Part shown: one piece after another, positions 38,870 to 48,950 of the stretch
Layout: every line of letters begins with the position of its first letter
Numbering within the stretch: the stretch's first letter is position 1
Source: Candidatus Aegiribacteria sp.
Lineage (GTDB): Bacteria; Fermentibacterota; Fermentibacteria; Fermentibacterales; JCC-6
DNA: 64,000 bases
Direction of reading: 5' to 3'
NCBI GenBank assembly: GCA_021108005.1
Contig: JAIORS010000013.1
Span: 24,291-88,290 of the forward strand
Made by a program: the position numbers and the translations under genes
Notes under the pieces: generated by a model
Databases searched by the model: none
Told to the model about the DNA's origin: nothing
What the model saw: the letters and a program-made list of their open reading frames with translations, nothing else

Positions 38870-39391
38870 ATGCTGCTCAACTCTATTAGCCTGCAAAGGC
38901 AATTGAAGATATCAATAATCCTGTTACTTCTTCCCTCCCTTGCTCCGGCTGACGCCATGGATCCTCCCGATATCCGTACGCAGACTCTTTACGACTACGC
39001 TTACGATGCATTTGATGCTAACTTAGAGATAAAACTGCGGATAAGCTCCTATCTCGATTCACTGGAAAGTGAACTGGATCGTCTTAGTATTGAACTGGAA
39101 AACTCACTGGTCAACGTCGAGGGAATGTCCAGTCTTTTCAGGGAGAGCCACGAATCCTTTCTTCAATCTGTCTATCTGTGGGCGTCTTTCGCGGAAGAAG
39201 TTCAGTGGTACGATCTGGCGGACGGACAGACGTGCTTCGGCAGCGGCATGGGATACACTTTCATGCACATCTCCGCATCCCTGCTATGGGAAAGGATACT
39301 TGAATACAGGCAGGTTCTGGACTCGATTCACGAGTACGGAATGTGTGAGTTTCAATATCCCATGGACAGCAGGGACATAGGGGGTTCGTAA
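38870..39391 (+). CDS. Secreted hypothetical protein (possibly DUF1311/LprI-like)
   Basis: Signal peptide ...LLLLPSLAPADA. The C-terminal half has the helical ...W..F.E....Y....G...GSGMGY......LLWERILEYRQVL pattern reminiscent of DUF1311. Weak. Confidence 0.45.
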   Translation: MLLNSISLQRQLKISIILLLLPSLAPADAMDPPDIRTQTLYDYAYDAFDANLEIKLRISSYLDSLESELDRLSIELENSLVNVEGMSSLFRESHESFLQSVYLWASFAEEVQWYDLADGQTCFGSGMGYTFMHISASLLWERILEYRQVLDSIHEYGMCEFQYPMDSRDIGGS

Positions 39392-40090
39392 CAATGGGAT
39401 CAAGTAACAGTTACTTACTGTCAGCAGTTTACAGGAAAGCTGTTTTTCATAAACTGATATAAGCACTCCGGAGAGATTATCTTAGCTGATCGTAACCCCG
39501 AACTTATCTAAATTGAATCCAGATCATATATATCTCGGACGGATTCAAAAAGAATTACGGAATTACGGGAGCGTATTTGGAATGATGTTATTAAGTCGCG
39601 CGCTTTTTATGTCGCAGGGGCTTCAATGGCACGTCGTATCGAGGAATACAAAGGTCGAAATGCTCTCATCAAGACGGTCGAGAGCGGACCGCAATCGTTT
39701 TTTACAGAATATTCAGCGACTTCGCCACCACAGGACTTACGTATCGAGTTGTCATGATTGTATTCAGTGAAGTGTTCTGCTCCTCCCCCGTCCCTGGAGC
39801 TAACTGGTGAATGTCATGACATTCAACCCGACAATTGATTGGGCGGTATGAGGGAACGTAAAGAAAAACCTGCAAAGCTTCCAGGTGCGGGACTCTTCGA
39901 GAAACCGATAACTCGTAGCGAAGATGATAACCAAACCATATACCGAGCATGAATGAATATCCATATTCTGATGAAATGGAATACCATCCAAAGAATTCAT
40001 CAGTCTTTGCTTTCTTGACGATGTGGAACTGTCTCTGATATTATCATCTCAGGAAAAATTCAACCGGATAGAGAATTGAGGTTATATCGC

Positions 40091-41401
40091 GTGAATGAAG
40101 TGCTGCTTTTTATCGGGGGAACGGATCCCAGCGGCGGGGCGGGATTGCCTGCTGACCTGAAGACGGCCTCAGCCATGGGCTTTCACGGGTGCCTGGCAGT
40201 CAGCGCGGTTACCGTTCAGAACAGCGGAAACGTTCTTTCATGGGATGCTGTTGATTCTGCAAAGCTGGTTGAACAACTCACGGCTGTATGCGATGACGGC
40301 CCGGTTGCGGGTGTTAAATCGGGGATGCTGGGAAGCAGGGAGAACGCTTCCGCCCTGGCCGGATTTATCAGAAGAAATCTGAGAGGTATACCGTACGTTC
40401 TTGACCCGGTTCTCGCAGCGGGCGGAGGAAGTTCCCTTGTAAGCAGCGGCATGACCGAGCTTCTAAAAAGTGAACTCGTACCCCTTTGCACTCTCTGCAC
40501 TCCAAATATCGATGAAGCGGAAGTTCTTTCCGGAATAGCAATCGACAATGAAGAAGACATGATCGAAGCCGGGAAGATCATTATCCGCATCGGCGCAACG
40601 GCTGTGCTTGTCAAGGGAGGCCATCTACCGGGGAATCCTGTGGATATACTGGTGACGAAAGAAGGTAATGTAAGGTTCGGTGGCTCCAGAATCACCGCTG
40701 AGAATGTACATGGAACCGGCTGCACACTGGGCTCAGCCACTGTTGCATTGCTTGCCGCGGGATTCAGCATGGAATCCGCTGTCACGGACGCAAAGCGGTT
40801 TGTAAGAAGAGTTATCTCCAGAAGGATCAGAAGAGTACATGGGTACCTTCCTGGCCATTTTCCGGAAGCGGGTCCCCTGCCTATAGCACCTGATGGCAGT
40901 GCATTCTACCTCCCTCCTGCCTACTGCCAAATGTGTGGCGCTCCCCTTGGCAAATTATCGGGAGAACACGGACATCTATTCTGCAGAAAGTGCGGCTTCG
41001 TCCATTACAGGAATCCTCTCCCCGCAGTGGCTCTGATGGTTCACGATCACGAGAAAATACTGCTTGTAAAAAGGGCGGTTCCACCCAAAAAAGGGATGCT
41101 GTCCCTTCCCGGTGGTTTCCTGGAAACAGGAGAGACTCCTGCTGAATGCGGCTTCCGCGAACTGCTGGAGGAAACAGCGCTTCGTGCAAAAAAAAGCAGA
41201 CTGATGGAGCTGGAAACCGACATGACTGCCTACGGAGGAATTCTTCTTGCTGTTCTGGAGGTAACGGACTGGGAAGGTACACCAGTTGCGGGAGACGACG
41301 CATCAGAAGTTCTATGGAGTCCAATCAGGGAGGTTCCTGATCTGGCATTCAGTGCACATAATAGGCTTGTGGAAAAACTAGTAAACACTTTGTACAGCTG
41401 A
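40091..41401 (+). CDS. thiD: Hydroxymethylpyrimidine/phosphomethylpyrimidine kinase (ThiD) fused to a zinc-ribbon NUDIX hydrolase
   Basis: ThiD N-terminus LFIGGTDPSGGAGLPADLKT and VLVKGGH. Then CQMCGAPL...CRKCGF zinc ribbon and the NUDIX box GGFLETGETPAECGFRELLEETAL. GTG at 40091 lies 8 nt after GAGGT; the track start is TTG at 40076. Confidence 0.85.
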   Translation: MNEVLLFIGGTDPSGGAGLPADLKTASAMGFHGCLAVSAVTVQNSGNVLSWDAVDSAKLVEQLTAVCDDGPVAGVKSGMLGSRENASALAGFIRRNLRGIPYVLDPVLAAGGGSSLVSSGMTELLKSELVPLCTLCTPNIDEAEVLSGIAIDNEEDMIEAGKIIIRIGATAVLVKGGHLPGNPVDILVTKEGNVRFGGSRITAENVHGTGCTLGSATVALLAAGFSMESAVTDAKRFVRRVISRRIRRVHGYLPGHFPEAGPLPIAPDGSAFYLPPAYCQMCGAPLGKLSGEHGHLFCRKCGFVHYRNPLPAVALMVHDHEKILLVKRAVPPKKGMLSLPGGFLETGETPAECGFRELLEETALRAKKSRLMELETDMTAYGGILLAVLEVTDWEGTPVAGDDASEVLWSPIREVPDLAFSAHNRLVEKLVNTLYS

Positions 41402-41412
41402 AAGGAGACATT

Positions 41413-41625
41413 ATGGCGATGGTGGAATGCGCCTGGTGCAAGGGAACCGGTATAGATGGCGTGGGAAACTCTCCCTGTGATATCTGCGGTGGCGACGGGC
41501 ACCTTAACGTTCCTGATCCTCCCACAAAATGCGGAAGATGCAAGGGAACAGGAAGAATAAGAAATGATGTTACAGAAGAGGTTTCAAAATGCTCCGGCTG
41601 TGAAGGGTCCGGCTGGGCCAGCTGA
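41413..41625 (+). CDS. Stand-alone DnaJ-type cysteine-rich zinc-finger protein
   Basis: Four CxxCxGxG repeats in 70 aa (CAWCKGTG, CDICGGDG, CGRCKGTG, CSGCEGSG). Confidence 0.7.
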   Translation: MAMVECAWCKGTGIDGVGNSPCDICGGDGHLNVPDPPTKCGRCKGTGRIRNDVTEEVSKCSGCEGSGWAS

Positions 41626-41636
41626 CCGATTAACCT

Positions 41637-42566
41637 TTATGTAAAAGCTTTCAGGGTTTCCTCAAGGGCTTCTCTGTCGTGGGTTCCGTAAACGATAACA
41701 TCCTTCACTCTTTTCATAAGTCCCTGAAGAACTTTCCCGGGACCTACTTCAATGAAGGTATCGAATCCGTTTTTCTGAAGCTTCTTGATAGAATCGGCCC
41801 AGAGAACGGGTGATGTTACCTGTTCCGTAAGTAACCGTTTTGCCTCGTCACCACTTCGGATGAGGTCGGCGGTGACATTCGCTACTACCGGTATTTCGGG
41901 CTCGTAAAAGCCAGCGTCATCGAGTGCGCCCTCGAGCCCCTTGGCTGCATCCTTCATAAGAGGTGAATGCCAGGCTCCGGAAACCTGCAGCGGTATTATC
42001 CTTCTGGCGCCCTTTTCCTTGCACAGCTTTCCAGCTCTGTCAAGAGCATCTCTCGATCCGGAAATAACAACCTGTCCTTCCGCATTAACGTTTGCTATTC
42101 CAACAGGGCCTATGGAAGATGCTTCTTCAACACATTCCCTGGCTTCATCAAGACCTATCCCTATAAGGGCCAGCATTCCCCCGGGATGCCTGTCCGCGCA
42201 TTTCTGCATAAGCTCACCCCTGATGCGGGTAAGCTTGGCTGCTATTCCGGGAAGCAGCACGCCTGCGGTCACCAGTGCGGCGTACTCACCGAGGCTGTGA
42301 CCGGCAGTACCCTCCGGCTTCACTCCAGCTGCTACAAGAACGTTCATTGTAGCTATGCTGATCATTGTGATGGCTGGCTGTACATTGTCTGTTCTGGTTA
42401 GAATATCGGGCGGTCCTTCGGAAATGATTTCACTCAATTTATGGACACCGGTCATTTCATCGATCCTGTTAAGAAAATCCACAGCATCCGGATACTCTCT
42501 AAGGAATTTATCCATGCCTACACTCTGTGATGCCTGCCCGGGAAACAGAAAAGCTAATCTTCCCAT
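41637..42566 (-). CDS. fabD: Malonyl-CoA:ACP transacylase
   Basis: FLFPGQASQ N-terminus and active-site GHSLGEYAAL. Confidence 0.95.
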   Translation of the reverse strand: MGRLAFLFPGQASQSVGMDKFLREYPDAVDFLNRIDEMTGVHKLSEIISEGPPDILTRTDNVQPAITMISIATMNVLVAAGVKPEGTAGHSLGEYAALVTAGVLLPGIAAKLTRIRGELMQKCADRHPGGMLALIGIGLDEARECVEEASSIGPVGIANVNAEGQVVISGSRDALDRAGKLCKEKGARRIIPLQVSGAWHSPLMKDAAKGLEGALDDAGFYEPEIPVVANVTADLIRSGDEAKRLLTEQVTSPVLWADSIKKLQKNGFDTFIEVGPGKVLQGLMKRVKDVIVYGTHDREALEETLKAFT

Positions 42567-42649
42567 TAAATCCTCCTAACAATAGCGGGAAACAACTTAT
42601 CGAAATTCTATATAACAATATCAGGCAAACGCAACCCCTGTGATTTTAC

Positions 42650-43945
42650 TTATTCCCCCACTCTTGGATTCCGCCCGAGAAGAACCAGCAATCTCGCTTC
42701 AGCTATCAGGCATGATGTTCTGGAAGACTCAACGGATGCTTCAGCTGAAGTAACTCCTGATTGGGCATCAAGCAAGTCAAGAAGAGAGATACTTCCGAGG
42801 TCGTAACTCATATTGGATAGCCTTAACTTCTCGTTTGCCTGGTTAAGAACCTGAAGTGAGAGTTCCCAGCTCCTGATTGCACTGATAAGGTTACTTTGGG
42901 AAGTCAATATAGAACTTCTTATCGAATTCAGAAGGGCCTCATGGGATGCCTGCTGCCTGAGAAAAGAAGCCCTGGAAGATTGGATGATGCTCTCACGGTT
43001 AAATCCGTCGAAAAGGGTCCAGTTCAGAGAAAGAGAAACCTGCCAGCTGTCTTTGTTGGAAAAATCCTCAAAATCAAGTTCATCATTACTCCAGTTCCAG
43101 CTTCCCGCTCCATTCAGCGAGGGCCAGTACGAACGTCTGCTGGCTTCGTAAGTATAACTCGTCGCTGTGAGTCTCTCCTGAGAAGAGGCAGCTGCTTTGC
43201 TGCCCGATATATCAAGGCTGTAGTTCATAGCAGTGGAGATGGAAACCGGCTGCAGCACAGCATTTGTGTTAACGGTATGCTCCGAGCCAATTACACCGGC
43301 AGCCTGATATAAAGAAATATAGGAATTGGAAACCGCCTGCTCTTTCTGAAGCAGAGCCAGGCTGTCAGAACTCTGCTGAACCTCGGCCTGTATCAATTCG
43401 AGGTTCGTGGCTCCTCCGATCCTGTAAAGAGCCTCCGTCCTCCTGAGCTGTTCGGTACTTCGCTCCAGAGCTCTTTCTGAAGAAGCCTGCAGCTGCACTG
43501 TCTCTATCACACCGTAATACGCCGTTATGATGTCCATGGTCAGATCAAGCCTGGCCTGATCCATATCGAACCGCGAGGCGTCAAGAGAATGCCTGCTCCC
43601 GGACATTCGCAGCCAGCTGCTTCCACCGGATGCCAGGATTTCCTGAGAGGCGCTGGCGGACATGGACCATGATGAATTGTCAGTGTCCGAATAACCCCCG
43701 GACATATCTGAGACAGAATTCCATGAATGGCTGGCGGTCGAACTAAAACTCAGCCGCGGCCAGAGAAAGGATTCCGAAGATGTAAGGGATGCTTCGGCAG
43801 ACATCAGATCGACTGACGAAATAGTGATGTCAGGTGAATTTTTCATTGCCACTATAACCCATCCTGAAAGATCAAGTGACAGTGAATCGGCCTGTGCGAA
43901 AAGAACTGAAATAATCAAAGGCAGGAGAAATACAGCTTTCCTCAT
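42650..43945 (-). CDS. TolC-family outer-membrane efflux protein
   Basis: Signal peptide. Duplicated coiled-coil/beta architecture with typical TolC-like heptad regions (…ARLDL…, …AEARLLVLLG). Confidence 0.85.
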   Translation of the reverse strand: MRKAVFLLPLIISVLFAQADSLSLDLSGWVIVAMKNSPDITISSVDLMSAEASLTSSESFLWPRLSFSSTASHSWNSVSDMSGGYSDTDNSSWSMSASASQEILASGGSSWLRMSGSRHSLDASRFDMDQARLDLTMDIITAYYGVIETVQLQASSERALERSTEQLRRTEALYRIGGATNLELIQAEVQQSSDSLALLQKEQAVSNSYISLYQAAGVIGSEHTVNTNAVLQPVSISTAMNYSLDISGSKAAASSQERLTATSYTYEASRRSYWPSLNGAGSWNWSNDELDFEDFSNKDSWQVSLSLNWTLFDGFNRESIIQSSRASFLRQQASHEALLNSIRSSILTSQSNLISAIRSWELSLQVLNQANEKLRLSNMSYDLGSISLLDLLDAQSGVTSAEASVESSRTSCLIAEARLLVLLGRNPRVGE

Positions 43946-43965
43946 TCTAAAACGCTCCCTTTCCG

Positions 43966-44715
43966 TTACGCTTCCGGCGCGAACATCACCGGCAGAGAGA
44001 TAAGCAGAATCCCGATAGTATACATGGAAAAGCTAAGACGTATCCCCCATGACCGGCTGCGACGCAGCATCGCTGCAAGACCTCTTCCCCATAGAAACAT
44101 AGCAATTATGGAAGGAATATCTACACTCTCCAGGAATCTATATATGAACACATGAATACGCGACGGGTCAACAACATCAACCGGAACAAAACACGACAGG
44201 TTAAGCCTGACGGAAGGCGGAATATCAAGTAATGAAACGAACAGTATCAGCAGCACCCCCGTAAGCATGTACGCAGACTGGGAAAGCATGGAAGATGTCA
44301 GGAAATCAGTGACTTTACCAACCTTTTTATTCTCTACAGCATAAACCGTCCCGAATGCGGCCAGAGCAGCAAGCAAAGCGATAATACCCCTCTCCACAAG
44401 CCTGGCCATAGGAAGGCTCTCGGTCATGCGTTTCATCTCACCAAGTTCACTGGAGATAACGCTGTCAGCCCGGGTAGCAGTAAATCCTTCTTCTATTAGT
44501 TCGGGCTGTCTCTCACTTCGCCATTCAGTTTCAACTTCCTCCCAGTTAATCAGCAGAGCAGGTATGTAACCGACCGCGGATATCACAATCACGACAGCGA
44601 TCATCACGATTCCGGCAGTTCTTATGTTCAGAAGCAGAGAATAGGCTTTATCCGTTCTCCAGAACTGAGTGAATACAGCAAGCAGCGATTCGGTCGTGTT
44701 TTCTGGAATTTTCAT
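43966..44715 (-). CDS. Multi-pass membrane protein (hypothetical, Yip1-like topology)
   Basis: ATG at 44715 overlaps the glgA stop as ATGA. The track start at 44823 would run 108 nt into glgA. Confidence 0.55.
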   Translation of the reverse strand: MKIPENTTESLLAVFTQFWRTDKAYSLLLNIRTAGIVMIAVVIVISAVGYIPALLINWEEVETEWRSERQPELIEEGFTATRADSVISSELGEMKRMTESLPMARLVERGIIALLAALAAFGTVYAVENKKVGKVTDFLTSSMLSQSAYMLTGVLLILFVSLLDIPPSVRLNLSCFVPVDVVDPSRIHVFIYRFLESVDIPSIIAMFLWGRGLAAMLRRSRSWGIRLSFSMYTIGILLISLPVMFAPEA

Positions 44716-46136
44716 CGTGCCTTTCTTGTCTTTACTGCCCTGGAATATACGTTCTCGTAGGGTAATATTCTGCTTTTCCAGGAATTGTCCCGTCTCATGC
44801 ACTTTTTCACGAGCCAGGCCCATCTGTTCTTGCTTCTGTAGTACTCCCCGGCTCGAAGGATACAGTCAAATAATCCCTGGGGATCAGCCTCCTTCATTAC
44901 AAAACCAAAGCCGCCATCTTTCTCATCGATAACTGTATCCGCAAGCCCTCCTGTACGGTTAACCAGAGGGACAGCGCCGTATCTCATTCCCATCATCTGT
45001 GCCAGGCCGCAGGGCTCAAATCTGCTCGGCATCATTACAATATCACAGCCGGAAAATATCTGTCTGGCCATAGCTTCATCGTACCTTAGAGTTACCGATA
45101 CTCTGCCGGGATGTTCCAGGGCAATCTCAGAAAGCCTTGTCATGTAATAATTGTCACCGGTTCCCAATATTACGAAGTTGAAGCCCCTGTCAGCCAGTCT
45201 GCCGATAATGGGAAACAGAAGGTCAAGTCCCTTCTGCCTGGTCAGCCTTGAAACAACTCCAACCGTCAGGCCTTCACTGACCGGGTCAAGACCAAGTGAA
45301 TTCAACAGCGCTTTTCTGCATTTCCTTCTGGGTGAAATAGAATCCGCACTGTAAGCTGAGGATAGAACCTTATCAATCTCCGGATTCCACGAATTGTAAT
45401 CTATGCCATTCAGTATCCCGGTAAGGTTATCGGAACGATCACTGAGCAAACCATCAAAGCCCTCACCGAATTCCGGTCTCTGTATCTCTTTCGCGTAGGT
45501 TTCGCTTACGGTTGTAACCTGATCGGCGTAAACGATACCGGCTTTGAGAAAACTGAACTCTCCATAGAACTCCAGTCCTTCCATCGTGAGCAGCGACCAA
45601 GGAAGGTGAGTGCAGTCGTATACTTCCTGGGGGTAATTTCCCTGAAATAACAGGTTATGAATGGTGAATACAACCGAAGGCTTAATGGAATTTCTGAGGT
45701 AAGCGGGGATAAGTCCAGTCTGCCAGTCATGACAATGGAGTACATCCGGCGGCTCACCAAGACTTTCGGAGAAAGCTACAACCGCCCTGCAGAAAAAGGC
45801 GAATCTTACCGCGTTGTCATCGTATGCGGATGCATCATCCGGGCCGTATATCCCCGGTCTGTGAAAGTATTCATCTTTGCTTACAAAATAAACCGGTACG
45901 CTGCTTCCGGGTATAATCGATTCAGCAAGGCCGAATTTTTCTCCCGCGGAGGTTGAAAACCTCCCGCTGATCCATCTGAAATCGACGAGTTTCTCAATAT
46001 CACGGTAGAGGGGCATTACTACGCTTACATCATGACCCGCGTTTTCCAGGGCTATTGGCAGTGAACCGGTTACACCGGCCAGCCCCCCGGTGCTGACAAA
46101 GGGATATACTTCGGAGGCGGCAAATAGTATTCTCAT
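44712..46136 (-). CDS. glgA: Glycogen synthase
   Basis: MRILFAASEVYPFVSTGGLAGV N-terminus and a GT5/GT1 C-terminal domain (PSRFEPCGL). ATG at 46136 overlaps the dedA stop as ATGA. Confidence 0.93.
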   Translation of the reverse strand: MRILFAASEVYPFVSTGGLAGVTGSLPIALENAGHDVSVVMPLYRDIEKLVDFRWISGRFSTSAGEKFGLAESIIPGSSVPVYFVSKDEYFHRPGIYGPDDASAYDDNAVRFAFFCRAVVAFSESLGEPPDVLHCHDWQTGLIPAYLRNSIKPSVVFTIHNLLFQGNYPQEVYDCTHLPWSLLTMEGLEFYGEFSFLKAGIVYADQVTTVSETYAKEIQRPEFGEGFDGLLSDRSDNLTGILNGIDYNSWNPEIDKVLSSAYSADSISPRRKCRKALLNSLGLDPVSEGLTVGVVSRLTRQKGLDLLFPIIGRLADRGFNFVILGTGDNYYMTRLSEIALEHPGRVSVTLRYDEAMARQIFSGCDIVMMPSRFEPCGLAQMMGMRYGAVPLVNRTGGLADTVIDEKDGGFGFVMKEADPQGLFDCILRAGEYYRSKNRWAWLVKKCMRRDNSWKSRILPYENVYSRAVKTRKAR

Positions 46137-46744
46137 CCTTTTTCCTTCCTCCCGCGGACCCTGATAACAAGAAAAATGAGCAGAGCGAGGGCAAGGACAA
46201 CCCATATCCATATCTCAAAATGCCTCATGAATCCCTCTGCGGCCTGTATGTTGTTCCCGAAAACCGAACCTGCTATCGAGAGTATCGTGTACCATGCTAT
46301 GGCGCTGAAAGCCACAGGAATCACGGCCAGGGCAAACCGCATACCCGAGGTTCCCGCCATGAGCACGAGCAGTGATCTTACCCCCGGAATGAATCTGCTT
46401 GCGGCAAGTACAATTGTACCATGGCTTGCGATCAGTTCTTTTGCTCTGTTGACCTTTTCCGGTTCCACCTTCCTTTTTAGCCAACCTTCAACGAATTGCT
46501 TTCCCGGTTTATGACCGAGGTAGAACACTATACAGCTGGCTATAAAGCAACCGGTAACTCCGTAAAGAGCTGCCAGGAGAAGAGGTAAGCCGCTTGAAAC
46601 GGTCCAGCCTGAAACAACAATGAAGAGAATGTCGCCGGGAAACGGAGGAAAAATGGTTTCAACAAAAGCAATCAATCCAAGGAGTGGTCCGGCCCAGGCG
46701 CCGGGCGGATTATTCGCAAGGTATTCAAGTATTCTTTCTATCAA
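46133..46744 (-). CDS. dedA: DedA/SNARE-associated family membrane protein
   Basis: Typical ETIFPPFPGDILFIV motif and four to five TM segments. Confidence 0.85.
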   Translation of the reverse strand: MIERILEYLANNPPGAWAGPLLGLIAFVETIFPPFPGDILFIVVSGWTVSSGLPLLLAALYGVTGCFIASCIVFYLGHKPGKQFVEGWLKRKVEPEKVNRAKELIASHGTIVLAASRFIPGVRSLLVLMAGTSGMRFALAVIPVAFSAIAWYTILSIAGSVFGNNIQAAEGFMRHFEIWIWVVLALALLIFLVIRVRGRKEKG

Positions 46745-47910
46745 TGATTCCCAATCGCTGCAGTGTCAGTTCTCCTTGCGATTCTGGCCATTACCATGCA
46801 GCCCAGACCTTTTCCTTTTCCAATATCGCCAAGTGTATTTGTGGATGTTCCCTTTACCCATATCCTCTCCGGTTCAACACCGACTATGTCAGCTATCCTG
46901 TTAATCATGGTGTTTCTGAGAGGAGCGATCTTCGGGAAATCTGTAATAACGGTTACATCGATCTGGCTTATCCTCCAGCCCTCTCCGCGAACAAGGTCAC
47001 AGGTCTTTTCCAGAAGAACTGCGCTGTCCGCACCCTTCCATCTGTCATCATCCGGAGGAAAGAACACTCCGATATCGCCCAGCCTTGCCGCAGAAAGAAG
47101 AGCATCCGCAACAGCATGCAGTACAGCATCTCCATCGGAATGACCCGAAAGACCAAATTCCGATTCAATATGGCAACCGCCGACAAAAAGAAGAATTCCT
47201 TTTTCAAAAGGATGAAAATCAAGACCTGTTCCGGTTCTGTTTTCCATACTCCCCCCCGACAGAGATTCAATGATCATAAGATCTTCCGGATCCGTAAGCT
47301 TCATATTCTCTGGTTCCCCGGCCACTGCAAGTACTTCATAGCCGGCAAGTTCCATTGCCGCACACTCATCGGTTACCTCATCAGCGTTTTTGAGAACCCG
47401 CAGAATATTGTCAAGGATAAAACCCTGTGGTGTCTGGCTCATTCGTAGATTGTTCCTTGAAACGGTGCCGCTCACGAGAGAAGATGGTGTTACTTCCTTC
47501 ACCGTATCCCTTATGGGAATAACGGGCACTGCAGCCCCCGAGTCAATTACACCCTTCATGACATTCCTGATAATAGAAGCTGAAACGAGAGGTCTCGCGG
47601 CATCATGGATAAGCACACTGCTGGAAAAATCCAGGGCTTCGAGGCCGGCAAGAACTGAGTCCTGTCGCCGAAGGCCCCCCGAAACGGTCTTTATACCTGC
47701 CGGTGGTTTCCAGAACGATTTCCATAGAGCGGTGTCACCCGGGGTAACCACAACGATCTCTCCGATTTCATCGATGGCTGAAAAAGCATTGATCGACCAC
47801 TCAACGAGGGATACTTCATGAAGTCTGAGAAACTGTTTGGGTACGCCTGAACCGAATCTTGTTCCTGATCCGGCAGCTACTATTACAACACCCCAGGTTT
47901 TCTTCTGCAT
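46741..47910 (-). CDS. ispDF: Bifunctional IspD/IspF (MEP cytidylyltransferase / MEcPP synthase)
   Basis: IspD motif VAAGSGTRFG. IspF motifs GHSDGDAVLHAVADAL and a C-terminal trimer core. Confidence 0.93.
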   Translation of the reverse strand: MQKKTWGVVIVAAGSGTRFGSGVPKQFLRLHEVSLVEWSINAFSAIDEIGEIVVVTPGDTALWKSFWKPPAGIKTVSGGLRRQDSVLAGLEALDFSSSVLIHDAARPLVSASIIRNVMKGVIDSGAAVPVIPIRDTVKEVTPSSLVSGTVSRNNLRMSQTPQGFILDNILRVLKNADEVTDECAAMELAGYEVLAVAGEPENMKLTDPEDLMIIESLSGGSMENRTGTGLDFHPFEKGILLFVGGCHIESEFGLSGHSDGDAVLHAVADALLSAARLGDIGVFFPPDDDRWKGADSAVLLEKTCDLVRGEGWRISQIDVTVITDFPKIAPLRNTMINRIADIVGVEPERIWVKGTSTNTLGDIGKGKGLGCMVMARIARRTDTAAIGNH

Positions 47911-47942
47911 AAGATTCAGCTCTTCAGTATTCTCCCTGCCCG

Positions 47943-48950
47943 TCAGTCATCAGTTCCGGTGACGCTGTCATCCTTGTTCAGCTTGGCGAAGACCATAGTT
48001 CCACCTGATGACCTGAAAGTTGTATGAGCCTGAACTTCAACGCTGTTGCCCAGCATACTCTCGGCATCCTCTACTACTATCATAGTTCCGTCGTCCATGA
48101 AACCTACAGCCTGTTTGGGGTTTCTTCCCTTCCTGACCAGCCTTATGGACAGAACCTCTCCCGGTAATGTCACAGGCCTGGAAGCAGGCCCCACCTCTTC
48201 AAGGTTGATAACGTGATTGCCCTCTTTTATGGCTATATCAAGAACATCTCTGTCGCTGCTCAGGAGGGATACTCTTTCCTTTCTGATATACTCAAGCATG
48301 CGGAAGCGTTCTCTTTCCTGCTTCCCGAAGTCCTTGTATTCAAGACCTCCCGATTTTCCTGCGGCATCCTCGAGCCTTTCAAGAGTTTCCATACCTCTTC
48401 TACCTCGGCCCCGTTCAATTATATCGTCTGAATCAGCCATTTCCTCAAGCTGGTTCTTTATTGAAGCCGGTAGAATGAAGGGTCCTCTGATAAGCCCGGC
48501 GAGCAGCATATCCGCAACCCGGCCATCGATGACTGCGGAAAGGTCAACCAGAACCGGTGTAGCAGCCTTTTCTTCTTCTTCGGTAGTCTGCATCAGCCCA
48601 AGCTTTTTACCCTTTGTGAATGCCACATGACCGAATACGTACGCAAATGCGAAAGGTATCATAATAAGCGGCGTAACGCCGGATTCAGATGGAGAGAGAT
48701 TCCCCATGCGCAGGGCCAGTATAACAAGAATACCTGCGACAAGCCCGATAATCGCTCCTACAGTTGTATAAATAATTTCATCTGCGGGAATCCTGACGAA
48801 TACGATCTGCAGGATAACGGCAACTATGCCTATCCCGAGACCAGTAAGTCCGAACCATGGGGAGGGCGAAAGCCCATCGAATGCGAATGTCCCCAATAGG
48901 CCGAGAACAAGAATGAAAAGTATACGTACTTCCCAGCCTGATGTTTTCAT
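47943..48950 (-). CDS. yacL: PIN/TRAM-domain integral membrane protein (YacL-like)
   Basis: Four N-terminal TM helices, a PIN-like centre (VLVDLSAVIDGR), and a C-terminal TRAM-like beta domain. Located between radA and ispDF, as in Bacillus. Confidence 0.8.
   Translation of the reverse strand: MKTSGWEVRILFILVLGLLGTFAFDGLSPSPWFGLTGLGIGIVAVILQIVFVRIPADEIIYTTVGAIIGLVAGILVILALRMGNLSPSESGVTPLIMIPFAFAYVFGHVAFTKGKKLGLMQTTEEEEKAATPVLVDLSAVIDGRVADMLLAGLIRGPFILPASIKNQLEEMADSDDIIERGRGRRGMETLERLEDAAGKSGGLEYKDFGKQERERFRMLEYIRKERVSLLSSDRDVLDIAIKEGNHVINLEEVGPASRPVTLPGEVLSIRLVRKGRNPKQAVGFMDDGTMIVVEDAESMLGNSVEVQAHTTFRSSGGTMVFAKLNKDDSVTGTDD

Noticed and set aside
39968-40003. Hammerhead-ribozyme-like CUGAUGA followed by a short stem (AUGG-AAUA-CCAU).
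   Set aside because: The stem II 3' side is followed by CCAAAG rather than the obligatory GAAA core. No stem I/III arrangement can be drawn. It is more simply an 8-bp hairpin, CTGATGAA/TTCATCAG.
39392-40075. tmRNA, RNase P RNA, SRP RNA or a TPP riboswitch in the long gap upstream of thiD.
   Set aside because: I looked on both strands for the conserved cores I remember: the tmRNA GGGG...TTCGA 5' end and T-arm plus CCACCA 3' end; RNase P GGAAAGTCCGGGC and ACAGAACCCGGCTTA; the THI-box CTGAGA...ACCTGATCTGGATAATGCCAGCG. None was found. The only CCACCA is not preceded by a T-arm. The only CTGAGA is on the wrong strand.
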